NCBI GenBank assembly: GCA_030141605.1
Contig: JAQGDQ010000045.1
Coordinates: 558,001 to 622,000 of the forward strand
Reading direction: 5' to 3'
Origin: Tubiluchus corallicola
Lineage: Eukaryota; Animalia; Priapulida
Length of the DNA stretch: 64,000 nucleotides
Below the pieces are notes generated by a model. It was not told the DNA's origin, ran no database searches, and saw only the letters and a list, made by a program, of their open reading frames with translations. Each line of letters starts with the position of its first letter. Position 1 is the stretch's first letter. Both the position numbers and the translations under genes were made by a program. Of the stretch, positions 1-41,000 are shown piece after piece.

Positions 1-200
1 AGTCATAATTTTCAAGTGAATGGCGGCAATCTATTCAGAGGTAGTAAATTTTAAATTTATGCTTTAGAGACAGTTTTTTGTTATATTTTTCTAAGTTTAA
101 GTTATAACAGTAAAATAAACCCATCATGCTGTGTGACTTGTTCTTTCCTTTAAAATAAATCCGGGGCCAATAGCCGCATTATTGCAATAATGCCACTTAC

Positions 201-28189
<27,989 letters not shown>

Positions 28190-31100
28190 TGTTAGTCGTA
28201 GAAAATATTAACTTACAGTGATACTGTATTTCAGTATTGGTATTATTTTGTGCTTATTATAGACCTCTGATAAATACAGCCTAACAGTCATTTATTATTA
28301 TCGCGGTTCGTGAAATAATCTCCTAAAATCCAGATTAATATCGTTTCATCAACAATAATGCTTGCTCTCGGTACATGCGCAAATGTGACTGTGTCAAAAT
28401 ACATGTGCAATAACTGCTTTTGCTCTGTACAGTGACACAGATACAATGTGGTTTCACGTACACCTCTCAAATCAATGCTCCAAGTAAAAGAACCTTACAT
28501 GTGTGCGTGTCACGTGCATTTGAGCAGTTTAGATACAATATAATTGTCTTGCGCAGCAGCCCTTAACGATTGGAAGTGAGATGTTTCAAATTCAACAAGA
28601 TCCTAGATCAATGAATGAAAACAGTCTGTGAGATTCGTTAATTGCATGTCCAGATAGCAGCGGTAGCTGTTACGTAATCCAGTCTAGAATCTCAGAATAA
28701 TAAAATTTATTTGGGGTTAATTAGGCCTACTGCCTGTAATATTACATCTATTAAGTAGGAAACTCTTTACGTTGCAGCCATGCGCGCTTTTCCATTCAAA
28801 ATTTGTATTACATGTACGAGTACTTAATAAAGCTCGAATTGAGGGTCTATTTTGCAGTAACCCATGAGAACTGGTCAAAAGCGGTCGAGGTGGCGGTAAG
28901 GCAGGATGGTAATGCAGGTCAAAAATTTTATGGCATCGCTGTTGCACTGTCATGCAAAATATGATAGAAAATCTAAATTTAAAAGGCACAGCAAACCTGC
29001 TTATTTTGTTAGTGACCTCAGAAGGAAGACACACATAGAATGCTACAAGATGTCACGGATTAACCAAGGTCAAGGTCACTTAAATGTCACTTACAATACA
29101 CAATGTGTTACTGTGTGATGTAACCGCTAAAATTAATCAAGCAAACGCAAATAGGATAATAAGATAGCAGGCTTTTATGCTTGATTAACTATATTATTTA
29201 CATCAGACAGGAAGAAAATAGCACCAATATATCACAAATTAATTGCGCAGTATACAAAGTTTCAAAACATTATTGCGTTACGTTATACAGCCTAGCTATA
29301 ATTCGCATGCCGTTTATCAGTTACACAATTATTAACACATTTTGAATTACTGTGCACACAGCTTTCATAAACATTCTTGCGTGCTTGCAAAGATCTAGAG
29401 CTTATAATAATATAACGGCGAAATGTAGTTACAATCGATCTAAACATTAATAATCAATTCTCTTTAAAGGGTTTATAAAAACAGGTGGCATATTGACGCC
29501 AAAAGTGCTATAATTGCCGCCTGCGTTTGAGGCACCGGCGATGGTAGAGCTAACGTCACATTAAATAAGATGCTACATCAAGGGTTATCAAAAAATCTTC
29601 GTCATTTCACAAAGTAAAAATGTCTGTCTTCTCTTGTCCTGACGACACTTAATAACAAATATATTACGTTTTCCTTAAATTAAATATCCAACTCAAATCC
29701 AACTCAATGCAACTCAAATCAGAAATGATATGAGATTAGAAACTTATATAATGCAACACCTTTTAAACTTGTATGATTTTTAAATGTATTGGATGATAGT
29801 TAGTTTCATTTCATTGGTTTAGTGTGAAAATAACAGAACTTCCGTTAGAGATAAACTAAAGTGTACAACCCCTGCACTAAAAATCCAAACTTTTTGTAGA
29901 AATTTGCAATCATTTTACTGTAAAACGTATACAATGTTCACTTCAGTAACAAAATTGAACAAACAGTCATAAAAGTTAGCAATATGATACTGTAGAAATT
30001 TTGTATTCTTCAACATTACTTCAACTGTAAAAATTTGCATCCTTTAACATTGCTGTCTCTAGATCAACTGAAACTTGCATGCCTGAGAGTATTGAGCTGT
30101 AATCACATGACCAGAGATTCAAGTTCCTATTGGAAGGTACATCACATTCATGCATACAGACCATAAATGGAAAGGTCACCTATACTCTACAGACTAATAG
30201 CTAAACCAAAATCAAAGTCTACTTGGCTTCTTTGATAGCACAATAAAGATTATTGGTTTACAGAAAGCTGTGTTATAATTTTTCTCTATTTAAACTTGAA
30301 CAAGAGAGTTAGAACCAGAATTAAAGCATGAAATTAACAATTTAATTACTCTGGTTAATGACTATCTATAAAAGCAAAAGGAAACAATATTTAGAAACAA
30401 AAATCAATCTCTGACAAACTTTGTGCAATTAGAGTAAAACAACGACTGTAGATGGCAGCATAGACTAATTCAGTACTTTAGTGTAACAGACTGACAATTA
30501 AATGGGCCACATAATACTACAATCGCGTACTCGGTACAATAAGCGACACTTTTTATTGGGTTAATACCTGTGTTAAGAGTAGACTTTACCATTGGATGAA
30601 TAAATGAAAGTCATAGTATCGCATCTATCATCTGCGTGTAAGACTGTTAAACTGGATATTATCATTAATGTAGTTCAAGATTACGAATCCAAAATTTAGC
30701 AGGTGACCATGAGTGTAAAACTGTTGGTTCAAATGATTCAACCCCATATTAAATCCTCTTGAATTTCTAACCACAAAATAATAGCGGGCGCTTGTTTTGA
30801 AATAAAAGGTGCGGGATTCAGCAGTTTATGTGGTGCTTCTTGGAGGTTGAAAAAATGGTTTAGGTTTGGTAAACTGCTCAAAACGTGCAGCAATTTCCAT
30901 AAACTCACAGAGCTTTTAATTTGAGAAATAGTCAACTTTCATCTCTTTTGAACCAAATTGAACGCTAGTGCAAGAAATTCAGTGCTTCTGCAAAGTGTCA
31001 AAAGGCAAGTGGCAAAAGGCAAGTGAGTGAAAAGGCAAGCAGTCATTATAACATGAGCTGTTACCATACTTTAATGTGATTCTGGGATTAACTGGATCCT

Positions 31101-32971
31101 CCAGATAGCCCCCAATAGCAAAGATCTTATTATGGCAACTCTGCTATAACGATTTGCCACTTGAGCTCTCAAGTTCTGCATATTAATGCAAACAAGAAAT
31201 CAAACAAAAATAACAATATCAACTGTTTGTATACTAAATTCAGTTTTATTAAATTACATCTGCAAGAAACGTCGAGCATGTCATAGCTGCACAGTGGTGC
31301 GATATTGATCAGCCATATTCAAATTTCCGATTACTTTACTAAATTCATACATCTACTACTATTCAAATCCATTTTCAAAAAAATTAAATTGATTACTGGT
31401 AATACTGATGTTGTATCAACGCCCACTGTAGTCATCACCCACTAACGCCCGTTAATGCTGCTTGCCTTCTGAAATTCTTGCAGTTGTAGGTGTTTCAAGT
31501 TAAAAACTTAAAAAATAAATGCGTGAAACATTTCGTACATCAATATTGTTAAAACTTACAGCAAGTGCTTCGTGTGTCCATCATTTTCAATTCAAACTAG
31601 ATGGAGGCCTTTCTTCTAACAGTTGGTTCACCTTAAAGGGGTAATTGGTGCCAGCATGTAACAACAGTTTTTTCTTATAGTCTGTATCAAACATGTCTGT
31701 GTTTTCGTTCGACACTTTCTCTTTAGGGAATTTCAGATACCGTAGTCCAGAGGATTAAGTCCAACTTTTTATTGAAAAAGATTTTTTATCAGTGCTCTAT
31801 TGCTTGTGGAAAACCGTGATAACTTTATTTTATACATGTTTTGCTGACGTGTATAAATTGCCTTATACCTTAACGTGGCTATTTTTCATTCGACGATTAG
31901 CTGCCATTTTTCTGGCTTTTTAATGTGAAAAAGCTTTTCGGCCATAACTTAAAAACCGTCACGATCAAAAGCTAACGCACTGTGATACTAATCTGAAATA
32001 TTTTCACTTTGCAAGACACTTGCCTCTAGTAGTCTAAATTTCGGTGCCACTCGATTATACATGTAACTTGCATTACTGGTTCTTTTAAAAATCATTCTAC
32101 TTGAACAGGTCATTTTACGAAATAGAATGTATATGGAATTTCGACAAAACAGATCTTACTAACAGCAAGTAGAAGTTGTCAGACAAATTGCTGTGCTACA
32201 AGCTGATCTCACACGATTACTGTGAAAACGGCAGAACAACATAGAAGTAGTTGCCATCCACACCAAAGGCAGTAGCAGCAGCACCATCACAGTTGCGGCC
32301 CAGCAAAGTACAAAGTAAGCTATACTATATAAATAATATTACATAATGCATGTTACATAAAATATAAAGAGATATAAAATATAAAGATATATAAATATAA
32401 ATATTAATTGCTATATGACGAATGTAGTTCCTATTATTATACCTATTCCTGAATGAACTACATCATAAGTAATATTGCAGTAGTAGCTGTTAATTTTTTT
32501 GCATAATGAATAATTCGAGTAGCTTATTTTCATCTCATTTATTTTGTGAATCATTCAACTGCAAACAAAAGAAAAATTATAAAAATTAAGTTTAAACAAT
32601 GTAAATAAAAAATCTAATGCTAAACAAAGCCTAATGAATGTATTAAACCAATTTCGTTTAAATTACCCTTAATTCTTCTGCAATGGCATCAAAAATCATT
32701 TGATCAGCATATATGATTATTATTTTATGAAAAAAATGAAACGGACATTCCTACCACCTTTTTTGACGAAATCTTAACACGTAGCGAGACACAGTCAGCT
32801 GCGCCACTCTGCTAGATGATCATACAGTAGGTTCTCTGCTTGTATGGGTCAAGGTGCGTACAAACACGGGCTATTATTGTAGACGTTTGAATCAACAAAA
32901 TTTAATACTGACAACTGAATACTGATAAGATCAAATAAAACCTAACATTAAAGAACTGTGAGTCGTGTGAT

Positions 32972-35682
32972 ATGGACATCACCAAAGAATTTAACTTCAG
33001 GTATTTTGGTAAAGCAGTTTTATAGCTCTCTAAATTTCGTTAGCGTTATAATAACATAAATTTCTATTTTTGCAGTATTGTTAGTACAAAATTCGTATTG
33101 ATAGCTAAGATAGGCTGACATTGGCAGTTATTTTTTTAACTAATAATGTTACATGAAGTTGGTTTTTGGATAACATACATTAGTATTATTGTATCATATT
33201 ATATTCTACGCAGCTACCAATGTAGTATCAACTATAATGTAAAAGCTTTTGTATACAAGCAAAAATTCGAATCTAGGCTAGCATGCCCAGGAGACAAAGA
33301 GGAAATTTTGGCAATGGACGTTGAAGTTTATGGTGGACTTGACTACCTACCTCACCTATTGGATAAATTGTTCGGTCAACCTGACGTGCTACCATTTGTG
33401 TGTGAACACGACGGAAAAATAGTAAATATTTCACTAATTTTCCGTAATTCATATTTGGTTAAAAATATTTTAGCATTTTGGCTCCTTTCGCAAATAACAA
33501 GTACACGTGTGCGCCCTTTGTGTGTTATCAAGTTACTAAGATTGCCCACGGTTATATTAAAAATATGCTAAGCGGGTTTACTCCTACTAAATAGCATCAA
33601 GCAGTGTCAAAACGGTTAAAAGGCGTCAATTGCCGACATGAAGCGTCAAGGAAATGCGTCGAGAGCGTCAAAGCTTATTGTTTTACGTTAGCAAAATTTA
33701 AAAAATTAGCGACCTGGATGTCATCAAGCATAACAAAAAGTTTTAAACTGTCAAGAACAAAAATGCACAAAGTGTTCACTGTGTACATCACTGCATGCGC
33801 CAACTAATAGGTCCCAAAATCCGTAACGCTGGTTTTCCCTTGACGCTATTCGAAGCTAGATAGCAGAATCCATACAAAGTTCCAGCTGCCATTTCCTATG
33901 TTACATTTTCTTACGAGCTTTGTCTTGAAGTGTCAGATGCATCCTCCAAGTGTCTAGTTCTATTTACAAATTGCAGTCAAAGAAAAACTACTACTGCAAT
34001 TTAAAAATAAAAAACAATTTAACTTACTCGAACTATGCTGTAAGAAGTTGTTGTTGTCGTCGTTGCTGCTGTTGTCATTGTTGCTGCTATTTCTGCTTCT
34101 GCTAATGATGAGACAGTGGCTGTGACCGCTTTTGGTATAGGTGTTGCACTGTACTGTATTGTTTTGTATTATATTGACTTACTAGAGCGAGTCACATTTG
34201 TGCGAGTTAATACTGTACGAATTCACATTTATTTATTTTTTTTTTATTTCAAAACTTAATATTCTTATTGACTGATGGGTTCTGATAATAGGCCGAACCA
34301 TTAAAAAGCAGCCTAGAAGATGTACTAGAAGACGGCACTATTAAATGTGTCCAATTTGTTCAGGAACATTTCTTTCACAGATAGGTTTCAGATATTACGC
34401 TCTGGTCGATGGAGGCACTTCAGTCATTGGACACGCAAGACGAATAGATAAACAGCATCAACACAAGGGAGTCGATAAAATAATGAGTGAATACTGTGCC
34501 AAGGAGGTGGCAAGGATATGGCCCAATGTTGTATACTACACTGGGACAGGATTTTACGACGGAAATAGCGGTACATCTCCAGCAGATATCGCCTCTTCAG
34601 AAACACTGATTATTTGTTATGTAGTAAGTGTACTACCACGTTACTTAGTGGTGTTACAGAAGTAGAAAACTAATGAGTGTTGTAAGTGTCAAATAATTTG
34701 AGTGAATACTTACAACAAAACCATTTAAATGTTTTTAAAGGACACAAAGTTAGTATCTATAATTTATAAACCTTAAAAAGTTTTGAAGGTTTTCAGGTAA
34801 AGGTTCAGTACTACATCTTTTACATCTTTTTGATAAAAATTAAAAAGTTTTTGCTTTTTCTGAATAAGCAAAATATTTAAAATAATTTCCAAAATTACCA
34901 CTGCCAGACTGACAGCTGCTGACAGTGACTAATTTAGAAAATTGAAATCTTTGCCAATGTAATATAGACTTTATAGAAACATGGTTTACATTTTGCAGCC
35001 TATACTAGTGTTTATACACATGACAAAAAAGCACAATTAATTTTATTTATTTTAGCAAATGTTTTACACGAAATTTGCGGATATTCAATATTTAACAATG
35101 AAGATGTCCAATCAAGACCACGGACTGAAGCAATTAAATAAGGACGAAGCAATATTGCTTCTAACATCTGAGCAGTATGTCAACGTTTTTGGCGGTGATA
35201 CACTAGTCATTAGTTGGAAACCCTACAAGAGAATACGGGCTAACGTCGACAAAATTTACCGTCACTTGAACCCTGTGTTATTTGCGGATTATAAAAATAA
35301 CATCGATGATTATTCCAGTGTTAGTTTTTCTTCTTTTACTCTGTTACCAACGCACGATCAAGAATTATGTGAAATCACGATTTACGCCAAAAATAAAGAA
35401 ACAGCGACAAGGCATGCACTTGGACAAATTAATCACGGAGCAAAGACTGCATCGAGAAAAAAATTATGTTTTTGGTTTGCACTGTTTTGTCCCCTATCCA
35501 GGAAAGAGTTACTAGAAAATCTGTCAAAATATGGACTATCAGAAAATAGCTGGCATGGACTTGGTGATCCTCGAATGGTGGGCGTAAGGGGTATTTTCGG
35601 AAAGTCATTGGCAAAAGAGAAACCACAAAAAACCGCCACGGTAAGTGGTCAAAGTCATAAAACCGCTACTTCAAAATTATGA
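32972..35682 (+). CDS. NAT16 / histidine N-acetyltransferase-like GNAT protein (~347 aa). Exons 32972-33000, 33277-33421, 34381-34623, 35056-35682
   Basis: Phase-compatible GT-AG exons total 1044 nt. The product MDITKEFNFRLACPGDKEEILAMDVEVYGGLDYLPHLL...IGFRYYALVDGGTSVIGHARRIDKQHQHKGV... carries the YGGLDYLP motif and the (V/I)DGGxT...RI/V...xKGV GNAT motif typical of the NAT16/HISAT family. AATAAA occurs near 35964-35986. Confidence 0.85.
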
Positions 35683-36924
35683 TTTTTTGTAAACACACTG
35701 CCATTTTAGCGTCTGCACAGTGCACAATGCCAGCCCTGTGATAGAGTGGATCAAGTGAAAGGCGAAAGCCCGGTTTAGACGATCCGTTTTTTCTTGTACT
35801 GTTTGCTCCATTTGCTTTGCGAAGACATCCAAATGCCACAATTTATTTCAATCATCCTTCAGCCACGACAGTTTTCTTCACATAATGCTGTGTGTCACAT
35901 AATTTTGCTGTGGTTGCATGTAAACTAGATTATATGAAAACTTATGACATTAATTATTTGCAAAATAAACAACACAAATAAATAAAATGTAATTGTTGTG
36001 TTAATTTTTAAATTCTGCAACACCATTCCCCCTCTCTCACACTCACATGCACTCTCTCTCTCCCATTCTCTTTCTCTCTCGTTTCTGCCTCTCTTACCAT
36101 CTCTCTCTCTCTCTCTCTCACCCGCTGTCTATCTCCCTCTGTTTCTGCTTCCCTCTATCTCTCCTCACTCTTTTCTTTCACTTTTTCTCAATCTCTCTCT
36201 TTTGTCAAACGCTTGCAATGAATTTCGATTGCTTGAGAAATGACAAACCACCTCTCAAATCCTATCTGGCACATCCTCTCTTGCCTTTCTTCACAGTATG
36301 ATTTCTTTTGATACATTTGCAAGAATCCACTCACAGTAAGCCGCTGCCTTTGTTTTTGAATTTGTTGTTGTTAATGTTGTTAACAAATAATATACCACTA
36401 ATGACAACAATAGCCCAATGCTGCAGTGTAAGTGTATACCACGCTGAAATGGCATTATATGATAGAAAGAACGGAATATCTCTTGCTGACATGTCTGTTC
36501 AGGAACATTTGCTCTGCACAGCAAGTATAGGGCCTGTATGTCATTTAGCATATAGTGTAAAAAGTATAGAACGTTTGAATACCAAACAATTTAAGAAATA
36601 TACTATAAATTGTTTGGCATTTATAAATTTGTAAACCATTTATAGGTTTTTAAAGATTTAACGTAGTATCTAAACTTCTAAACCTTACAAAAATTTTTGC
36701 AGTATTTTTGAAAGTGTTTTTAATTTAAAGTAAAAGTAAGTAATTTAAATAACACTTGCAAAGACACAATAGGAAAATTGACAAAAAACAAATTACCAAT
36801 TTGATTATCATTAATTTACGTGAACACACTGGTCAGTTTTTGTGTCAATATTTCTTCTGAGTTTGCATTTTGTTGTCCATGGTTTTGCTCAAAGAGAGAT
36901 AATAATGGCATAATTTATTTATTT

Positions 36925-37345
36925 TAGTATTATTGTTTTTGTTTCTTTTACTCCCCTTTCCATAGCTAACAAGAATTATCCGTATTTCGATTTACGCCAA
37001 AAATAAAAAACGCCGACAAAACGCGCTCTTGCACAAATTCATTATAGTGCAAAGGCCGCATTAAGAAACGAATGTTTTTGCATCGCGCTGTTCTTCCCTT
37101 TATACAGGAAAGATTTTCAAAGTTTGTCAAAATATGAACTAAACGTATCAAGAAACAGCCGGTAGTCCCGAAGGCTCGAATAGTGGGCATAACGGCCTAT
37201 TTGCCGAGAAATTTCGGAAAGTCTGGGGTAAAAGTCAAACTGGAAGAATTTGCGAGGGCAGTTGGGAAACCGTAAAAATGATGTTTCAAAATTAATAAAT
37301 TCGCATAGCCATACACTGCCACTATACAAAAAACGTGCCCTGTGC
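36925..37345 (+). pseudogene. Decayed tandem duplicate of the 3' half of the GNAT gene's last exon and start of its 3' UTR
   Basis: Collinear nucleotide similarity to ~35315-35740, e.g. caagaattat..cgatttacgccaaaaataaa, caggaaaga, tgtcaaaatatg, ctcgaat(a/g)gtgggc, tttcggaaagtc, ttcaaaatta, acactgcca. Indels break the frame. Confidence 0.85.
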
Positions 37346-38033
37346 ATAAGCCCAAGCATGTAGTGGAATGGCACGTGTATAAGAGAAAAGTTCAGAGGAT
37401 GGTATAATTATAAATTTGTTACCGTTACTTTCGTGTAAATTTGTCCGACTGTTTAATTACGGACGCCACTTATTTCAAATCAGATTAACTACAATAGTAT
37501 ACCAAAAAACTTTTATTTGTACCACGATTATACAAAAACAGCATGCTTATTTTGCGTGTCTTATCTAAAAACATTTCTTGGTTAGATTAAATATTGTTCA
37601 TAACATTTTAGTATCGTTCAGAAAAGCATGTCTACAAGCCCGTATCCAACATTCTATAGAACGGTCTACTTATTTTGTTGGTGTAATGACGAAATTGGAT
37701 TTTATTTCTTTACCAACAATAAAATCGTCTAAGATGGCATACTGAACTAGCAGAGTCACGTAGGCTTGTATATACATTTTCTCGAACTGCTGTTCACTTA
37801 TTTTTCATGACTTTTTTACAAATGCATCTAGCACTTCAGATATCACTCAAAAAATGTTGTCCTTTGCATCGCTTATATACAAACTTTGTTAAAATAGATG
37901 TTACTGATATTGACAACTCAAAACTGACATCGATCACAACAGTGGCAACGATGGCAGATGATGATAATGCAATTTGTGAGCACAACTTGTTGGTTTCAAT
38001 GGGGGGAAGGTGAGTGGGCTGAGGGCAGCTGAT

Positions 38034-41000
38034 CTAGTTAACACTGAGCTTTGTATCTGCATTTATATCTTGCTCATCCATTGAATTTTCAGGTGGCAAC
38101 TTCATTTTCACCTCTTCTTCTGTTTGACATACTCCTTCATGTTCTGTCTGTATCCAAACAAATCTTTTCAACAAAATATAGATTCCAATTGCGCATAATA
38201 CGATTACTATAGAAAAAATACCGTACATAAATGGAAAGAATATAGCCTTATTAACAAACTGTTGATCAAATGATATCATACATACAGTCAAAGCTAGTGG
38301 GACGTTTTGACAACCTGTTTCTAACCCAACAGTTCGGCACTGGTTATAAGAAAGGCGGAATACTATGCCCATCACAAAGCCAAAGGCGAGCCTAAGTACT
38401 GGTAATAATACTGCTCCAAAAAACGTAGTCCAGTGCTGATTAAAAGTTTCCTTTGATATGAGAATCTGGAGGACGATAACGGTCACCAATGCCGGTAATG
38501 TTATTACGTTCGCCAACTGCAAAGTTAAAATAAAAACTTTTGTTGGTTCCTTGATCAATAACATCGTAAAATCAATGTATGACTTTCACAGGGGTTATAC
38601 GACATCTTAATTTAAAAAATCTAAAACTGGCATTGTAAGTACCGCTTTCCAGACGCAGCAGCTTGCCTGGAAACGCATCGCCACCATATATCACGGGGCA
38701 AACCATGGTCCGTAAGCGTAAAAGTGGTTTAAAATCATACCAGTGTAAAACCATAAATCATCTTCATCTTACAGAGAATGCAAGCAAAAATGTATGACCA
38801 TTAGAGGGAATAAAAGGCACAACAGCTACAGAAATATGATATTTTTATCCTCCCCAGCTGAAGGCAATGCCAAAACGTCCAAATTGATTTAAACTCAAGG
38901 TATTAGTGTACATTAAAAACATCATGTTTTCAGTGGCTGTTGCAACTATTTCATTCCTCTTAAAGTTAATATTTTCAAGCTATGGGTTATAATTTTGTAT
39001 CAAAAATTTACTAAACAAACGAATGCGTTAACTTAGCACCAAAAAAATTCTTGGCTCTATGTCTGACAGACAAACTCGATTTGGAAATTACCATCAATGA
39101 AATCTTGGTAAGACGTTTCGAAAATCTTCTGAAAGCCATGCCCACGAGGACGGGAATCACAAAGCAGATCAGGCTTATTCCAATGCTAAGATAAGGCAGT
39201 GATATTTGTTTTTCCGACCAACTCCTGCCATAGATGTATAGGTTCAGAGGCATCATACCTATTGCCACAATTGTGGACACGGTCGTCATGCAAATACTGC
39301 AAAGAATGATACAAAAAATTGTTAATAGCAAACATGTTGTGCATGCGCATCGCCAGTGGCCACTCAAGGTAAAGTACTGCAGTAGAAAAGTGAAAAAATC
39401 AATGCAGGTATAGAAAATAGAATTCTTATTTCTAATTTGCTGTTGCGAGTGATAGGGATATCTGTTAAAACTCTTCTTGAAGTTGGTAAGGATAAGATAA
39501 GATGAACAAAGACATTTAGTCAGGGAAACTTGACTGAGCAAAGCTTGTTTATAATAAGGTCTAACTGGTGACTTTAAAATTAACAAAAATAAATACATGT
39601 AAGGACACAAACATTGCAGACATATAGAAAAATCGTACAAACATTTCGACTTAAAACGTAAAAAAAATAAGCAGAAACACAAAAAAGAAAGTTAAGATAG
39701 CTTTGACCTGTTAAAAAAGCGAAAATAAAAATACAAGCAATTGAAAAAATGTTTTTAAAGAACATCTAAACATCAGAAATAATGGCAAATTAAAGCAATA
39801 ATAAAAACAGTTACAATAAAAATCAAAAATCAAAAAGAAGGGAAAAATGGATTTATAAGCGGCCATTCTACAAATCGCACAATATCTCTGCATTTCTGCT
39901 CGGGTCTACTGCGTATTCTGCATTGTATCCGTCATTTATATTTTTTTGCCCATAGCCAACATGATAGTAACATTTTACAAACTGAAACAAGTCAAGTAAA
40001 ATATGGATGGGAAACCCGCACGAGAAGAGAATTAGAAATGGAATTAGAATTCGTTTATGTTCACCTGTTAGTAAGCTATCAAGTCGGCCACCCTAATATA
40101 ACAGATAGACGCCGAAGGACCCAAAGCTTAGTGGTATAAAACAGCACAGTGCTTGTAATGTGGTGTTTACAAAAAATTAAAGTAACTTAACCTTAGGGCT
40201 AGATCTCCATCGCACCAGTAAGAAAAGATATTTGAAAAGGTTCCTCCTGGTGTTGACGAAATTAACAATAATCCAATAGCGAGCTCCATTTCATACTAAA
40301 ATAGTACAAGTGTAACATTAGCAATTAAAGTAGGAACGATTGCAAACTGGAAAATATTTTTTCACTCAAGCCTCTAATCTACAAAACGATAATGGATCAT
40401 ATTACCACTGTCTTGGCTCTTTAACCTTTAACACAAATATAAAGTGTGATTGCATATTTTTAATCTTAATTAATATCCTATATTGTACTGTATACAAATT
40501 CTACAAGGGGAATGCAGTATGAGCAACTTTAATGGTATATACAGAAAAGATAAGGGTGGTTGGGCCAGTGATGGATTCAAGTTAATCCACAAAGAACTTG
40601 AAGATAATAGGAACAAATCAGTAGATCCTCCGTTAACGACGCTAATGCGTTCAAGCAAAATGCATCGTTAACGGACGTGAGAAAAACAATGCCTTCCATA
40701 GAAAGCATTGTAAAAGCATACAGTTGCGTTACTCACTCAAAGGTCAATAATGCTTGACCTATGTACTAAGAACACTCACTAAGTTGTCATGCAGGACAAA
40801 AATAATATCTGTCTTTGTAAAACCCTGAGTTGCCTTGCCCGACAAAGTTACTAATGCTTGGATCATAAATTAAAATCTTTATGACGCTTATTCTTGACAA
40901 TTTTTAACTAAAAGCTAAAGCGAACTAAAGTTTGCAGTGAAATTTCAAATTTGAAAAACAACCTCTTCCTTGCATTGACGTATCTTCTGATTGATCCCCT

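Noticed and set aside
30100-30950. Possible very old LINE remnant on the minus strand (HADD-like peptide)
   Set aside because: Only isolated short motifs, not enough to support a call.
31633-32672. TTAA-flanked element with aggggtaatt/aattaccct ends
   Set aside because: The inverted match is too short to distinguish from chance in AT-rich DNA.
39297-39682. N-terminal part of the 223-aa ORF 39011-39682
   Set aside because: Intronic read-through; only 39092-39296 is an SLC10 exon.
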